Origin: an uncultured delta proteobacterium
Lineage (GTDB): Bacteria; Myxococcota_A; Polyangia; Polyangiales; Polyangiaceae
Assembly (NCBI GenBank): GCA_963841435.1
Contig: CAWJCS010000001.1
Span: forward strand, 160,001 to 224,000
Direction of reading: 5' to 3'
DNA length: 64,000 nt
This document shows, one piece after another, positions 50,177 to 59,182 of the stretch; position 1 is the stretch's first letter; each line of letters opens with the position of its first letter. A program made the position numbers and the translations under genes. The notes beneath the pieces are model-generated. The model was not told where the DNA came from. It saw only the letters and a program-made list of their open reading frames with translations, and made no database searches.

Positions 50177-51793
50177 ATGGCGCTGACTCGAGCCCGACGG
50201 ACCGGAAGGATCACTCTGCAGCTCGCCGAGTGGTTCGAGCGGGAGCCCGTGGTTCTCGGCGTGCTCCTGGTGCTCGCGATCGTCACGCGCTTCTACGGTC
50301 TCGGGCTCGAGTCCTTGTGGCTCGACGAGGCGACGACCTACCACCGGTCGCTCTTGCCCTTCGACGAGCTCGTCGCCGACGCCAAGGTCAACCACCACAA
50401 CCCCGCCTATTTCCTGCTGATGAGCCTGTGGGTGCGACTCGGAGACAGTGAGGCCATGTTGCGTGCCCCGTCGGCCTTCTTCGGGGTGCTGAAGGTGCTT
50501 GCCGTGTACGCGATGGGACGCGTCGTGGGCGGGCGCTGGCTCGCCGCGGCCTCGGCGCTCGTCATCCTGCTCAACCCGACCTCGCTCGCCTACGACCAGG
50601 AAGCGCGGATGTACGCGGCGTACGCGCTCGGCGCGAGCGTGGCCATGGCCGGCGTGCTGTGGCTCGTCGCCCACGAGGACGCGGCGGCGATGCCACTCTG
50701 GCAGCTCGGCAAGGGCGCCGACGGATTCCGACGACACGCACTCGTCGCCTGGCTCGCCTTCTGGCTCGGCACGACGCTCGCCTTGTACATGCAAAGCACC
50801 GCCACGGTGTTCATGGCGGTGTGCTCGCTCGTCGCGCTTGCCTTCATCATCGCTCGCCCGGCGCAACGCTCGGCCTTCGTCGTCAACTGGGTGCTCGCCA
50901 ATCTCGCCGTGGTCGTCGCCTATGCGCCGTGGCTCGTGCAGCTCGTCGAGCAGGCACAGGGCGTCGCCAACGGCGAGTTCTGGCTGGGCTTCCCGACGCG
51001 CTACACGATCGCCCGCTCGCTCCGCCTCGTTTATCTGTTCGGCAAGGTGCCCGGCTTCTGGCTGCTGATCCCCCTTTTTTGCGCGCTCGGGTCGTACTCA
51101 CTTCGTACGCGACCTCTCTTGCTCGTCTCGCTCTGGCTCTTCACTCTGCTCGGGCCCGCGCTGCTCTTGCTCTTGAGCCTGCGTGAAGCGATCTTCATGC
51201 ACCGCCAGTTCTTGTGGTGTGCTTCGCCGCTCGCCGTCGTCGCGGGCGCGGGGCTCGTGGCACGCTCGCCCGACAGGCGCCGCGCGGCCGCGCTTGCGAC
51301 GTTCCTCGTGCTCGGTGCGATCGGCTTGAGGAAGCTCTACTATGGCCGTTCGCAGAAGCCTCGCTGGCGCGAGGCGCTCGGCATCATGACCGCCAACGTC
51401 GATCCGAGGGACGAGGTCCTCACGCTGGGCGGCCGCGAAGAGCCCCTTCTCGAGTATTACTTCGGACGAAGCTCGCGGCGGTACCCGCGTTTTGTCTATC
51501 GCGAGCTCCCGCGCCACTTTCAATCCAAGCTCGGTTCGCTCCTCGGGGGTGCGCGAGCCGTCTGGACGATCGAAGGGCGTCCGACGCCCGGCGCGAGCAG
51601 CGTCGCAAAGGCGCTCGCGGCACGCGCACCGCGCGACTATCACCGCACCTTCATGGCGGGTCTCACGGTCGAGCGCTACGCGCTCACGCCCGGAGTCGAA
51701 AAGGTGATCGAGAAGCCGGTCAAGGCCACGGCGCGGGGGTCTGCTTCCCCCCCTTTGCCGCGAGTGGTTCCGGCCAGGCCTTCCTCGGACTAG
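50177..51793 (+). CDS. GT39/PMT-like membrane glycosyltransferase, paralog of 10059-11714
   Basis: ESLWLDEATT, HHNPAYFLLM, YDQEARMYA, KPRW, LLEYYF and VWTIEGR all shared with the first copy. Confidence 0.85.
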   Translation: MALTRARRTGRITLQLAEWFEREPVVLGVLLVLAIVTRFYGLGLESLWLDEATTYHRSLLPFDELVADAKVNHHNPAYFLLMSLWVRLGDSEAMLRAPSAFFGVLKVLAVYAMGRVVGGRWLAAASALVILLNPTSLAYDQEARMYAAYALGASVAMAGVLWLVAHEDAAAMPLWQLGKGADGFRRHALVAWLAFWLGTTLALYMQSTATVFMAVCSLVALAFIIARPAQRSAFVVNWVLANLAVVVAYAPWLVQLVEQAQGVANGEFWLGFPTRYTIARSLRLVYLFGKVPGFWLLIPLFCALGSYSLRTRPLLLVSLWLFTLLGPALLLLLSLREAIFMHRQFLWCASPLAVVAGAGLVARSPDRRRAAALATFLVLGAIGLRKLYYGRSQKPRWREALGIMTANVDPRDEVLTLGGREEPLLEYYFGRSSRRYPRFVYRELPRHFQSKLGSLLGGARAVWTIEGRPTPGASSVAKALAARAPRDYHRTFMAGLTVERYALTPGVEKVIEKPVKATARGSASPPLPRVVPARPSSD

Positions 51794-52000
51794 CCTCCCT
51801 ATCCTCGACGCAGTCGAGCCGGGCAAGATGGCGGTGCCCCTCGCACTCGCGGCAGGTTGAGTGAGCTTGGTCGCGGTGGAGCGACCGGCTCTCCGCTTCT
51901 CGGCGCGTCTCTTCGCGCGGCCGAGGTCACGCGGCTCGAGCTGAGCGCAGGGTATGCCCGGGTTTTTGGGGGGAGGCCCCCGTTTCTCGCGAACAGGCCG

Positions 52001-52288
52001 CTAGGCGGAGTGCCCGCCCTCGACGAGGCGAGGAGCCGCGGGGGAGGCGGCTTCCTCCTCCACGAACACATCACTCTCGCAGAAAACGATGGTGCAAGAG
52101 GTCCGGCCCATCTCCCGCATGCGGGAGCAGAGCTCGGAGAACTCCGCGTCGGAGTCGACCACGTCGCCCTCGAGGGGCTGGCGGGTGACCTGGTCGTAGC
52201 GGCAGTTGTCGATCGCGACCCAGAGACCCTTGTAGCGGCCGGAGCGGCAAAGCTCCCGCCAGGTCATTCTCGAGAACATGGTGGCCAT
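52001..52288 (-). CDS. Small hypothetical protein
   Basis: 95-aa ORF (MTWRELCRSGRYKGLWVAIDNCRYD...GDVVDSD...CTIVFC) with GC-rich third positions and an AT-rich upstream region. Confidence 0.7.
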   Translation of the reverse strand: MATMFSRMTWRELCRSGRYKGLWVAIDNCRYDQVTRQPLEGDVVDSDAEFSELCSRMREMGRTSCTIVFCESDVFVEEEAASPAAPRLVEGGHSA

Positions 52289-52563
52289 GCTTTAGCTTTG
52301 GCAGCGCGGGCGACCCCCGCTTCCGGAGAGCCAGTGGGGAGTCTCTGCCGCGGTCGCCAATGTTGATTTGTCCGGATGTAGCGCCATCGACAAGGGCCAG
52401 TCAAGCGAACGACAAGGGTATTGGGCCGACTGGCCGACCTCGATCGCCTAATAGTGCGGAGCGAAAAAGATAAATCGCTAAAGTGCCGTCACTGTAACAT
52501 GGCAGTGAAAGCAGATTTTACGGGTGGACGCCAACAAACCGCTGCGCGCGCGGGGGAGATCGC

Positions 52564-54306
52564 TCAATCGCAGCTCGTACCTTTGAGCGCCCCGGCGAGC
52601 TTCGGCGAGCCGGCGCCCATCGCCTGGGCGGCGCTGATGATGGCCTTCGCTTGAGAGCAATTTCCGTTGAGCGCGGCCGCCTTGGCGGCCGCGACCGCGC
52701 CGGCCTTCGCCGCGGAGATACAGCGGCCCTTCTCGTCAGCGCTGCAGCTCCCGATCGCGGCCGCGGCCCCGGAAATGTTGCCGGTCCGGGCGGCAGCCAC
52801 GCAGGCGTCGCAGCCACCGCCGCCTCCTGAGGGCTTGGTGGACGTAGGCGCCGCCGACGCCGAAGGAGCCGAGGTCGCCTTGCCCGTGCTCGGGGTGCTT
52901 GGCGACTTGCCCGTGGGATGAGTCGCGGGGGGCGTCGTTGCCGTGGGAGTTGCGGCGGCCGTGGGGGTGGTGTCGACCGGGGTGGTCGCGAGGGGCGCGA
53001 ACGCCGTGGGGCTCGGGGACGCCGCAGCGGGCGTCGTGGTCGGGATCGTCAGCACCTCCGGACCGTTGTCGGATTTCATCGAGCGCGCGGCCACGACGGC
53101 CATCGCCGCGAGCAAGAGCACTCCCATGACCCCGAGCCCCACGACGAGCCCCTTGCCGCCGCCCCGGTTGCGCGTGACGACCGGCGCGGGCGGGACGGCG
53201 ACGACGCCGGGCGGCGTCATTGGAACGTGGGGGGACATCGGGCCCGGCTTCGACGGAAACACCGGTGGCGGTCCGCTGAAGTCCGGGGCCTGAGCCATGG
53301 CCGCCGTGTCCGAGTGCTTGACGCCCTCGGGCGGGTCCCCCGTGACGGTCATGCGCGCGCCACCGGAGAGCTCCGCGAAGAACTCGCGCGCGCTCGCCTG
53401 GCGTTGCTCACGGTCCTTGGCGAGGGCGCGCAGGATGGCCTGGCGCATGGCCGGAGGGAGGTGGAGCGCCGGTGCCGACACCTCGAGCGGGATCGGCTGC
53501 GCCGTCATGTGCTGCGTGGCCCACTGCCACGGTGTGTCCGCCTCGAACGGCAGCTTGCCGGACAGCATCTCGTAGGCCATCACGCCGAGCGAATAGACGT
53601 CGCTGCGGGCGTCGAGCGCTTTGCCCGTGAATTGCTCGGGGCTCATGTAGGGCGGCGTGCCGAGCACCATGCCCTGCTGCGTGAGCTTCTGCTCCTTGTT
53701 CGCGTCGGCTGACTCCTGTCGCGCGGCAATACCGAAGTCCAGGACCTTCACGAAGTCGGTCTCGCCCGCACGATCGGTGAGCACGATGTTGTCGGGCTTG
53801 AGATCCCGGTGGATGATGCCCTGAAGGTGCGCTTCGTCCAGAGCGCCGCAGGTCTGCCGCATGATCTTGGTGACGCGCTCCGGTGAGAGCGGACCCTCTA
53901 GGATCACGTCGCTCAGCGGCTTGCCGGCGACGAACTCCATGGCGATGTAGAGCGTGCCGTCCTGGGTCGAGCCAAAGTCGTAGAACTTGATCGTGTTCGG
54001 GTGCTCGAGCTGCGCGACCGTGCCGCACTCGCGGTGGAAACGTGCCAGCACCGAGGGATCTTTGGAGAGGTGGCTGTGGAGTGTCTTGATCGCCACCTTG
54101 CGGACGGTGGTGCCCATCTGCTGCTCGCCGACGTACACCTTGCCCATGCCGCCTTCGCCGAGCACGCCCGTGACGCGGTAGCGTGCGCCGATCAGCTGGC
54201 CGATGAGCGGATCGGGCCCGTCTTGCGGGGTAGCCAGGATGGAACCGCAGCTCGCGCAGAAGCGAGCACCGTCAACGTTGTCGTGCCCACAGGCCTCGCA
54301 CTTCAT
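52564..54306 (-). CDS. Hanks-type Ser/Thr kinase with N-terminal zinc ribbon, TM helix and Cys-containing external domain
   Basis: MKCEACG...FCASCG; LGEGGMGKVY, VAIK, HRDLKPDN, DFG, GTPPYMSPEQ. Confidence 0.95.
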   Translation of the reverse strand: MKCEACGHDNVDGARFCASCGSILATPQDGPDPLIGQLIGARYRVTGVLGEGGMGKVYVGEQQMGTTVRKVAIKTLHSHLSKDPSVLARFHRECGTVAQLEHPNTIKFYDFGSTQDGTLYIAMEFVAGKPLSDVILEGPLSPERVTKIMRQTCGALDEAHLQGIIHRDLKPDNIVLTDRAGETDFVKVLDFGIAARQESADANKEQKLTQQGMVLGTPPYMSPEQFTGKALDARSDVYSLGVMAYEMLSGKLPFEADTPWQWATQHMTAQPIPLEVSAPALHLPPAMRQAILRALAKDREQRQASAREFFAELSGGARMTVTGDPPEGVKHSDTAAMAQAPDFSGPPPVFPSKPGPMSPHVPMTPPGVVAVPPAPVVTRNRGGGKGLVVGLGVMGVLLLAAMAVVAARSMKSDNGPEVLTIPTTTPAAASPSPTAFAPLATTPVDTTPTAAATPTATTPPATHPTGKSPSTPSTGKATSAPSASAAPTSTKPSGGGGGCDACVAAARTGNISGAAAAIGSCSADEKGRCISAAKAGAVAAAKAAALNGNCSQAKAIISAAQAMGAGSPKLAGALKGTSCD

Positions 54307-54415
54307 CGCAGCTCGGAGCGTTACACGAATCGCCTCGGGCCCGCTAGCCCCGCTCGTGCCCCGAGGCCCCAATCCGGACGCGGCCGCCGCGCCGTGGCCG
54401 TGCTAGCTCCGGTGC

Positions 54416-54847
54416 ATGCGGCGCGACGAGCTCGTCGGGTTCCTCCGGCGCCACCGGCTCGCCGTCGTGGCGAGCACCGGCCCGAGCGGCGCGCCCCAGG
54501 CCGCGGTCGTCGGCTTCGCGGTCACGGACGCGCTCGAGATCGTGTTCGACACGCTCGAGTCAACGCGCAAGTTCCAGAACCTCGCGGCCGATCCGCGCAT
54601 CGCCGTCGTGATCGGCTGGGATCACGAGGCAACCCTCCAGCTCGAGGGCCGCGTTGATTTTCCGGTCGGCGCCGAGCGCGATCGCATCCGAGATTGCTAC
54701 TTCGTCGCTTACCCCGACGGGCGCGAGCGCCTCGCATGGCCGGGCATCACCCACGCTCGCGTCACGCCGAGCTGGATTCGCTTCAGCGACTTCACCATCG
54801 ATCCGCCTCGTATCGTCGAGCTTTCACCCGCGGAGCTCGAGCCGTGA
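54416..54847 (+). CDS. Pyridoxamine 5'-phosphate oxidase-family protein
   Basis: LAVVASTGPSGAPQAAVV, TRKFQNLAADPRIAVVIG, LQLEG. Confidence 0.88.
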   Translation: MRRDELVGFLRRHRLAVVASTGPSGAPQAAVVGFAVTDALEIVFDTLESTRKFQNLAADPRIAVVIGWDHEATLQLEGRVDFPVGAERDRIRDCYFVAYPDGRERLAWPGITHARVTPSWIRFSDFTIDPPRIVELSPAELEP

Positions 54848-56370
54848 GCGACGCCGGCGCACCGAGCGAGACACCCTCGGGGCCGCGCACCGTCGCGGCG
54901 GTCGATCTCGGCTCGAACAGCTTTCACATGGTGGTTGCGCGCGTCGAGGGGGCCGAGCCCAAGGTCGTCGATCGACTGCGCGAGCGCGTGCGGCTCGCCG
55001 AGGGTCTCGACGCGTCTCAGGAGCTAACGCCCGAGGCGATCGAGCGCGCCCTTTCGTGCCTTTCGCGCTTCGGCGAGCGCCTCCGCTCGCTGCCGCAAGG
55101 CGCCGTGCGCGCCGCCGGGACGAACACGCTCCGCCGTGCGCGCAATGCCGCCGGATTTCTGGAACGAGCACAGCGCGCGCTCGGTCACCCGATCGAGGTG
55201 ATCGCGGGCCGCGAGGAGGCTCGCCTCATCTACCTCGGCGTCTCGCACAGCGTCGCGCACGAGCCGGGCCGGCGGCTCGTCATCGACATCGGTGGCGGCA
55301 GCACCGAGTGCATCCTGGGGGAAGGCTTCGACCCCATGGCGACCGAGAGCTTGTTCATGGGCTGTGTGAGCTGGTCGCGCCAGTTCTTCCCGGGCGGCGT
55401 GATCAGGCGCGAAGATTTCCGGCGCGCCGAGCTGATGGCCATGCTCGAGCTGCGTTCGATCGAGCGGCGCTATCGCGACGTCGGGTGGGAGTCCTGTTAC
55501 GGCTCCTCGGGTACGGTGCTCGCCATCGCGCAGCTGCTCGCTGACAATGGCTTTTCCGAGGGCGGCATCACGCGCAAGGGGCTCAAGCGCCTGCGCTCGG
55601 TGCTGTGTGACGCGGGGCGCGCGAGCGCCGTCAAGCTCCAGGGCCTCGACCCCGAGCGCGTCAACGTGCTGCCGGGCGGTCTGGCGATCCTGATGGCCGC
55701 TTTCAAGCGCCTCGAAATCGACCTGATGCGGCCGGCGTCGGGGGCGCTCAGGGAAGGGCTGCTCTACGATTTGCTCGGCCGCATCCGTCACGAGGACGTG
55801 CGCGAGCGGACGATCCGCCAGTTCGAGGAGCGCTACCGAGTCGACCGGCTGCACGCGGCTCGCGTCGAGCGCACGGCGGTCGCGTGCCTCGAGCAGGTCG
55901 CCACGGCATGGGGCCTGAGGCTCGAGGACGCGCGCCACGCGCTCTCGTGGGCTGCGCGGTTGCACGAAATCGGGCTCGACATTTCGCACACGGGCTACCA
56001 TCGTCACGGCGCGTACGTGCTCGAGAACGCCGACATGCCCGGCTTCTCGAAGGACGAGCAGCGGCTCCTCGCCGTGCTCGTGCGAGCGCACCGTCGCAAG
56101 CTCTCGAACGAGGATTTCATGCTCCTCGCGGCTTCGGAGCGCGAGGAGGCCCTGCGCCTCGTCGTGCTCTTGCGCGTCGCCTTCTGCCTCAATCGCAGCC
56201 AGAGCGCCGAGCCACAGGCGAGCCCGTTGTGTCAGGCCGGGCGTTCCAAGCTTCTGCTGGCGTTTCCGGCCGCGTTTCTCGAGGAGTCGCCGCTCGTGCG
56301 CGCGGAGCTCGAGGAGGAGCGAGCTCGGCTCGCCGCAGTGAGCTTCGACCTCGAGGTGGTGACGCACTAG
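54844..56370 (+). CDS. ppx: Exopolyphosphatase Ppx/GppA
   Basis: AAVDLGSNSFHM, GREEARLIYLGV, DIGGGSTE, GALREGL, WAARLHEIG; GTGA overlap with the upstream gene. Confidence 0.95.
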   Translation: MSDAGAPSETPSGPRTVAAVDLGSNSFHMVVARVEGAEPKVVDRLRERVRLAEGLDASQELTPEAIERALSCLSRFGERLRSLPQGAVRAAGTNTLRRARNAAGFLERAQRALGHPIEVIAGREEARLIYLGVSHSVAHEPGRRLVIDIGGGSTECILGEGFDPMATESLFMGCVSWSRQFFPGGVIRREDFRRAELMAMLELRSIERRYRDVGWESCYGSSGTVLAIAQLLADNGFSEGGITRKGLKRLRSVLCDAGRASAVKLQGLDPERVNVLPGGLAILMAAFKRLEIDLMRPASGALREGLLYDLLGRIRHEDVRERTIRQFEERYRVDRLHAARVERTAVACLEQVATAWGLRLEDARHALSWAARLHEIGLDISHTGYHRHGAYVLENADMPGFSKDEQRLLAVLVRAHRRKLSNEDFMLLAASEREEALRLVVLLRVAFCLNRSQSAEPQASPLCQAGRSKLLLAFPAAFLEESPLVRAELEEERARLAAVSFDLEVVTH

Positions 56371-56415
56371 GTGGTGACGCACTAGGTGGTGACGCACTAG
56401 GTGGTGACGCACTAG
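56356..56415 (+). repeat. Four exact tandem copies of gtggtgacgcactag (last five codons of ppx, VVTH*)
   Basis: Units at 56356, 56371, 56386 and 56401. Confidence 0.95.
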
Positions 56416-57120
56416 GACCCTCGGCCCGGAACGGCGAGCGACGCGAGTGCCCTGGGCGGTGGCCCCGGCGTGTACGCCGCGTGGCTCGTCGAGCGCGGTT
56501 ACAGCGTCCACCTCGTCAACGCCGTGCCGCGCCACGTCGAGCAGGCGCGCGCGGCGCTGTCGCGCTTCGACGCCGGTCGCTGGTCGGCCGAAGTCGGCGA
56601 CGCGCGAGCGCTCGAGGCGGAGGCGGAGTCGGCCGACGCGCTGCTCTTGTGCGGGCCGCTCTACCACCTCACCGATGCGGGCGATCGCGCGCTCGCTCTC
56701 GCCGAGGCGTTCCGGGTGCTGAGGCCCGGCGGCGTGCTGTTCGCGGCGGCCATTTCGCGCTTTGCTTCGGCGCTCGACGGGATCGCGCGCGGGCTGCTCG
56801 CCGACCCGCTTTTCCGCGACATCGTCGGCGCGGATCTCGAGAGCGGTCAGCACCGAAACCCCACCGACAATCCCAGCTACTTTGCGACCGCGTACTTTCA
56901 CCGGCCCGAGGAGCTCGACGCCGAGGTGGCGGGCGCGGGCTTCGGCGTTCTGGAGCTTTCGGGCCTCGAGGGGCCGACGTGGCTCCTGCCCGACATCGGC
57001 AAGCGCTGGAGCGACCCGGCCGAGCGCGCGCGCCTGTCCGAGCTCCTCGAGCGGCTCGGGCACGAGCCGACGCTCGTCGGTGCGAGCGCGCACCTGCTCG
57101 CGGTCGCACGCAGGCCCTGA
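56416..57120 (+). pseudogene. 5'-truncated class I SAM-dependent methyltransferase
   Basis: LGGGPGVYAAWL motif-I remnant lies upstream of the first start codon (GTG 56470); GPLYHL, RVLRPGG, AAAISRFAS and GASAHLL are present. Confidence 0.65.
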
Positions 57121-57187
57121 ACGTGAGCCCGATGGCGGCGTCTCGTCCTTGCCGCACTCACGCGTGGGTCGTCTTTCAGCGCGGCCT

Positions 57188-59182
57188 TCACGCGTAGCCC
57201 TCGGCTTGTAGTCGGTAGAGGCGGGCGTACGTGTCGCCCTTCGCGAGCAGGGCTTCGTGCGTCCCGTCCTCGATGATGTGCCCGTCCTTCAGCACGAGGA
57301 TCCGGTCGGCCATCCTCACCGTGGGGAACCGATGCGAGATGATGAGGGTGGTGCGGCCCGCCGCGAGCTGCCGGAAGCGCTCGAAAACCGCATGCTCCGC
57401 CTCGGCGTCGAGCGACGCCGTGGGCTCGTCGAGCACGAGGATATCGGCCTGCTCGCGCATGAAGCCGCGCGCGAGCGCGAGCTTTTGCCACTGGCCGCCC
57501 GAGAGCTCGGCGCCGTCCTGGAACCAGCGCCCGAGCGGCGCTTCGAGCCCGGCCGTGAGCCCCGACACGACGGCCTCGGCCCCACCGCGCTCCACGGCGC
57601 GCACGATGCGAGGCTCGTCGGCGAGGTGCTCGACGCTGCCCACGCCGACGTTTTCGCGCAGCTTGAGCTGGTACTGGTTGAAGTCCTGGAACACGACGCC
57701 GAACCGCTCGAGCAGCGCGCGCCCGTCCCATTCCTTGAGGTCCTTACCGTCGAGCAGGATGCGACCCTCGGTCGGGTCGTAGAGGCGCGTCACGAGCTTG
57801 ACGAGCGTCGTCTTGCCGGCGCCGTTCTGTCCGACGAGCGCCACGCTCTGGCCGCGCGGGATGAACAGGCTCACGTCGCGCAGCACCCAGTCGTCCTTGC
57901 CCGGATAGCGGAAGCCGACGTGCTCGAGCCGGATACCGAGCTCGCCGAGCGCCGCGGAGGGGCGCGGGACGAAAGCAGGTGCCTCGGTGGGGAGCGCCGC
58001 CTTTTCGGCTTCGAACGGCGGCGTTCCGCCGAGACGCGTGCTGTCCGCCGCGGCTTGGCGGGCGCCGTCGCCTTTTGCGTCGTCCGCCGCCGCTTGGCGC
58101 GTGCCGTCGATCCGCGCGCCGCTCGTCGCGTGCGCGGCGGACGCGCCGCTTGGCGCGTCGGTCGTCGCGTCGAGATACGAAAAGAGATTCGACATGTAGA
58201 GGTTGTGCTCGTAGATCGCTCCGATGCCGTTCAGGATGCCTTGAAACGCCTGCTGACCGCTCCGGAACGCGAGCACGTACATCGTCATGTTGCCGAGCGT
58301 GAGCTTGCCCACGGCGGCGAGCGCTGCCATCGCCGCGTACGCGCCGTAGAAGGCGAGCGTCGCGAGCAGCGAAAGCGCGTGCGTGACGAGTGAGCGGCGG
58401 GTCGCGAGGTCCGAGTCCTCGCGGTGGAAGCGCTCGGCAAGCTCGCGGTAGCGCCCGAGAAAGAGCGGGCCCAGGCCGAAGAGCTTCACCTCCTTGGCGT
58501 GCTCGTCGTTGGCGAGGACGTACTCGAGGTACATGAGACGGCGCGAGTCGGGAGAACGCCAGTTTCTCAGGCGAAATGCGGTCTTCGAGTAGCGCATCTC
58601 GGCGAGCGTGGCGGGCACCGTCGCCACGAGGAGCCCGAGCACGGCCCAGCCGCTGAAGCCGAGTAGGAGCGCGCCGTAACCGCCCAGCGTGAGCACGCTC
58701 TGCACGAGGGCGAAGCTCTCGGTCACGAGCGAGACCGGTCGCGACGAGGCCTCGCGGCGGGCGCGCGTGAGCTTGTCGTAAAAGTCGGGGTCTTCGAAAT
58801 GCCGGAGCTCGAGGTGCGTGGCGCGCTCGAGGATCGCGACGTTCACGTCGGTGCCGAGGCGCGAACCGAGCACGCTGCGCGCGAGGCCCAGTCCTCGCGC
58901 GAGCGTCGCCTGCACGACGACGAGCCCGAGCTCGATGCCCACCCAGGTGAGCGTGAGATGCTCGGTGCGAGCCACCACGGCATCGACGATCTGCTTGCCC
59001 GCGTACGCGATCGCCGGCGGTACGGCCGACGCGAAGAGCGTCATCACGGCGAGCGCGACCGTGAGGCCGGGCGACGAGGCCCACACGAGCGCGAGCGCGC
59101 GACGCGTGTACGAAGCGCTCTCGGCGAGCGCCTCGGCGAGCGGTTTTTTCAGCTCCGGCTTGGGTCTGAGAGGGGGGCTCAT
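57188..59182 (-). CDS. ABC exporter, fused TMD-NBD
   Basis: About six TM segments; GQNGAGKTT, ELSGGQWQKLALAR, LDEPTASLD, ISHRF. Confidence 0.95.
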   Translation of the reverse strand: MSPPLRPKPELKKPLAEALAESASYTRRALALVWASSPGLTVALAVMTLFASAVPPAIAYAGKQIVDAVVARTEHLTLTWVGIELGLVVVQATLARGLGLARSVLGSRLGTDVNVAILERATHLELRHFEDPDFYDKLTRARREASSRPVSLVTESFALVQSVLTLGGYGALLLGFSGWAVLGLLVATVPATLAEMRYSKTAFRLRNWRSPDSRRLMYLEYVLANDEHAKEVKLFGLGPLFLGRYRELAERFHREDSDLATRRSLVTHALSLLATLAFYGAYAAMAALAAVGKLTLGNMTMYVLAFRSGQQAFQGILNGIGAIYEHNLYMSNLFSYLDATTDAPSGASAAHATSGARIDGTRQAAADDAKGDGARQAAADSTRLGGTPPFEAEKAALPTEAPAFVPRPSAALGELGIRLEHVGFRYPGKDDWVLRDVSLFIPRGQSVALVGQNGAGKTTLVKLVTRLYDPTEGRILLDGKDLKEWDGRALLERFGVVFQDFNQYQLKLRENVGVGSVEHLADEPRIVRAVERGGAEAVVSGLTAGLEAPLGRWFQDGAELSGGQWQKLALARGFMREQADILVLDEPTASLDAEAEHAVFERFRQLAAGRTTLIISHRFPTVRMADRILVLKDGHIIEDGTHEALLAKGDTYARLYRLQAEGYA

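Noticed and set aside
56356-56415. Possible CRISPR array
   Set aside because: 15-bp units are contiguous with no spacers, and no cas genes are present
54844-57120. Programmed TAG read-through fusing Ppx to the methyltransferase
   Set aside because: Would need four consecutive read-throughs; other genes use TAG as a normal stop and no pyrrolysine genes are visible
57188-59182. RiPP/bacteriocin cluster suggested by the exporter type
   Set aside because: No precursor peptide or modification enzyme recognised nearby
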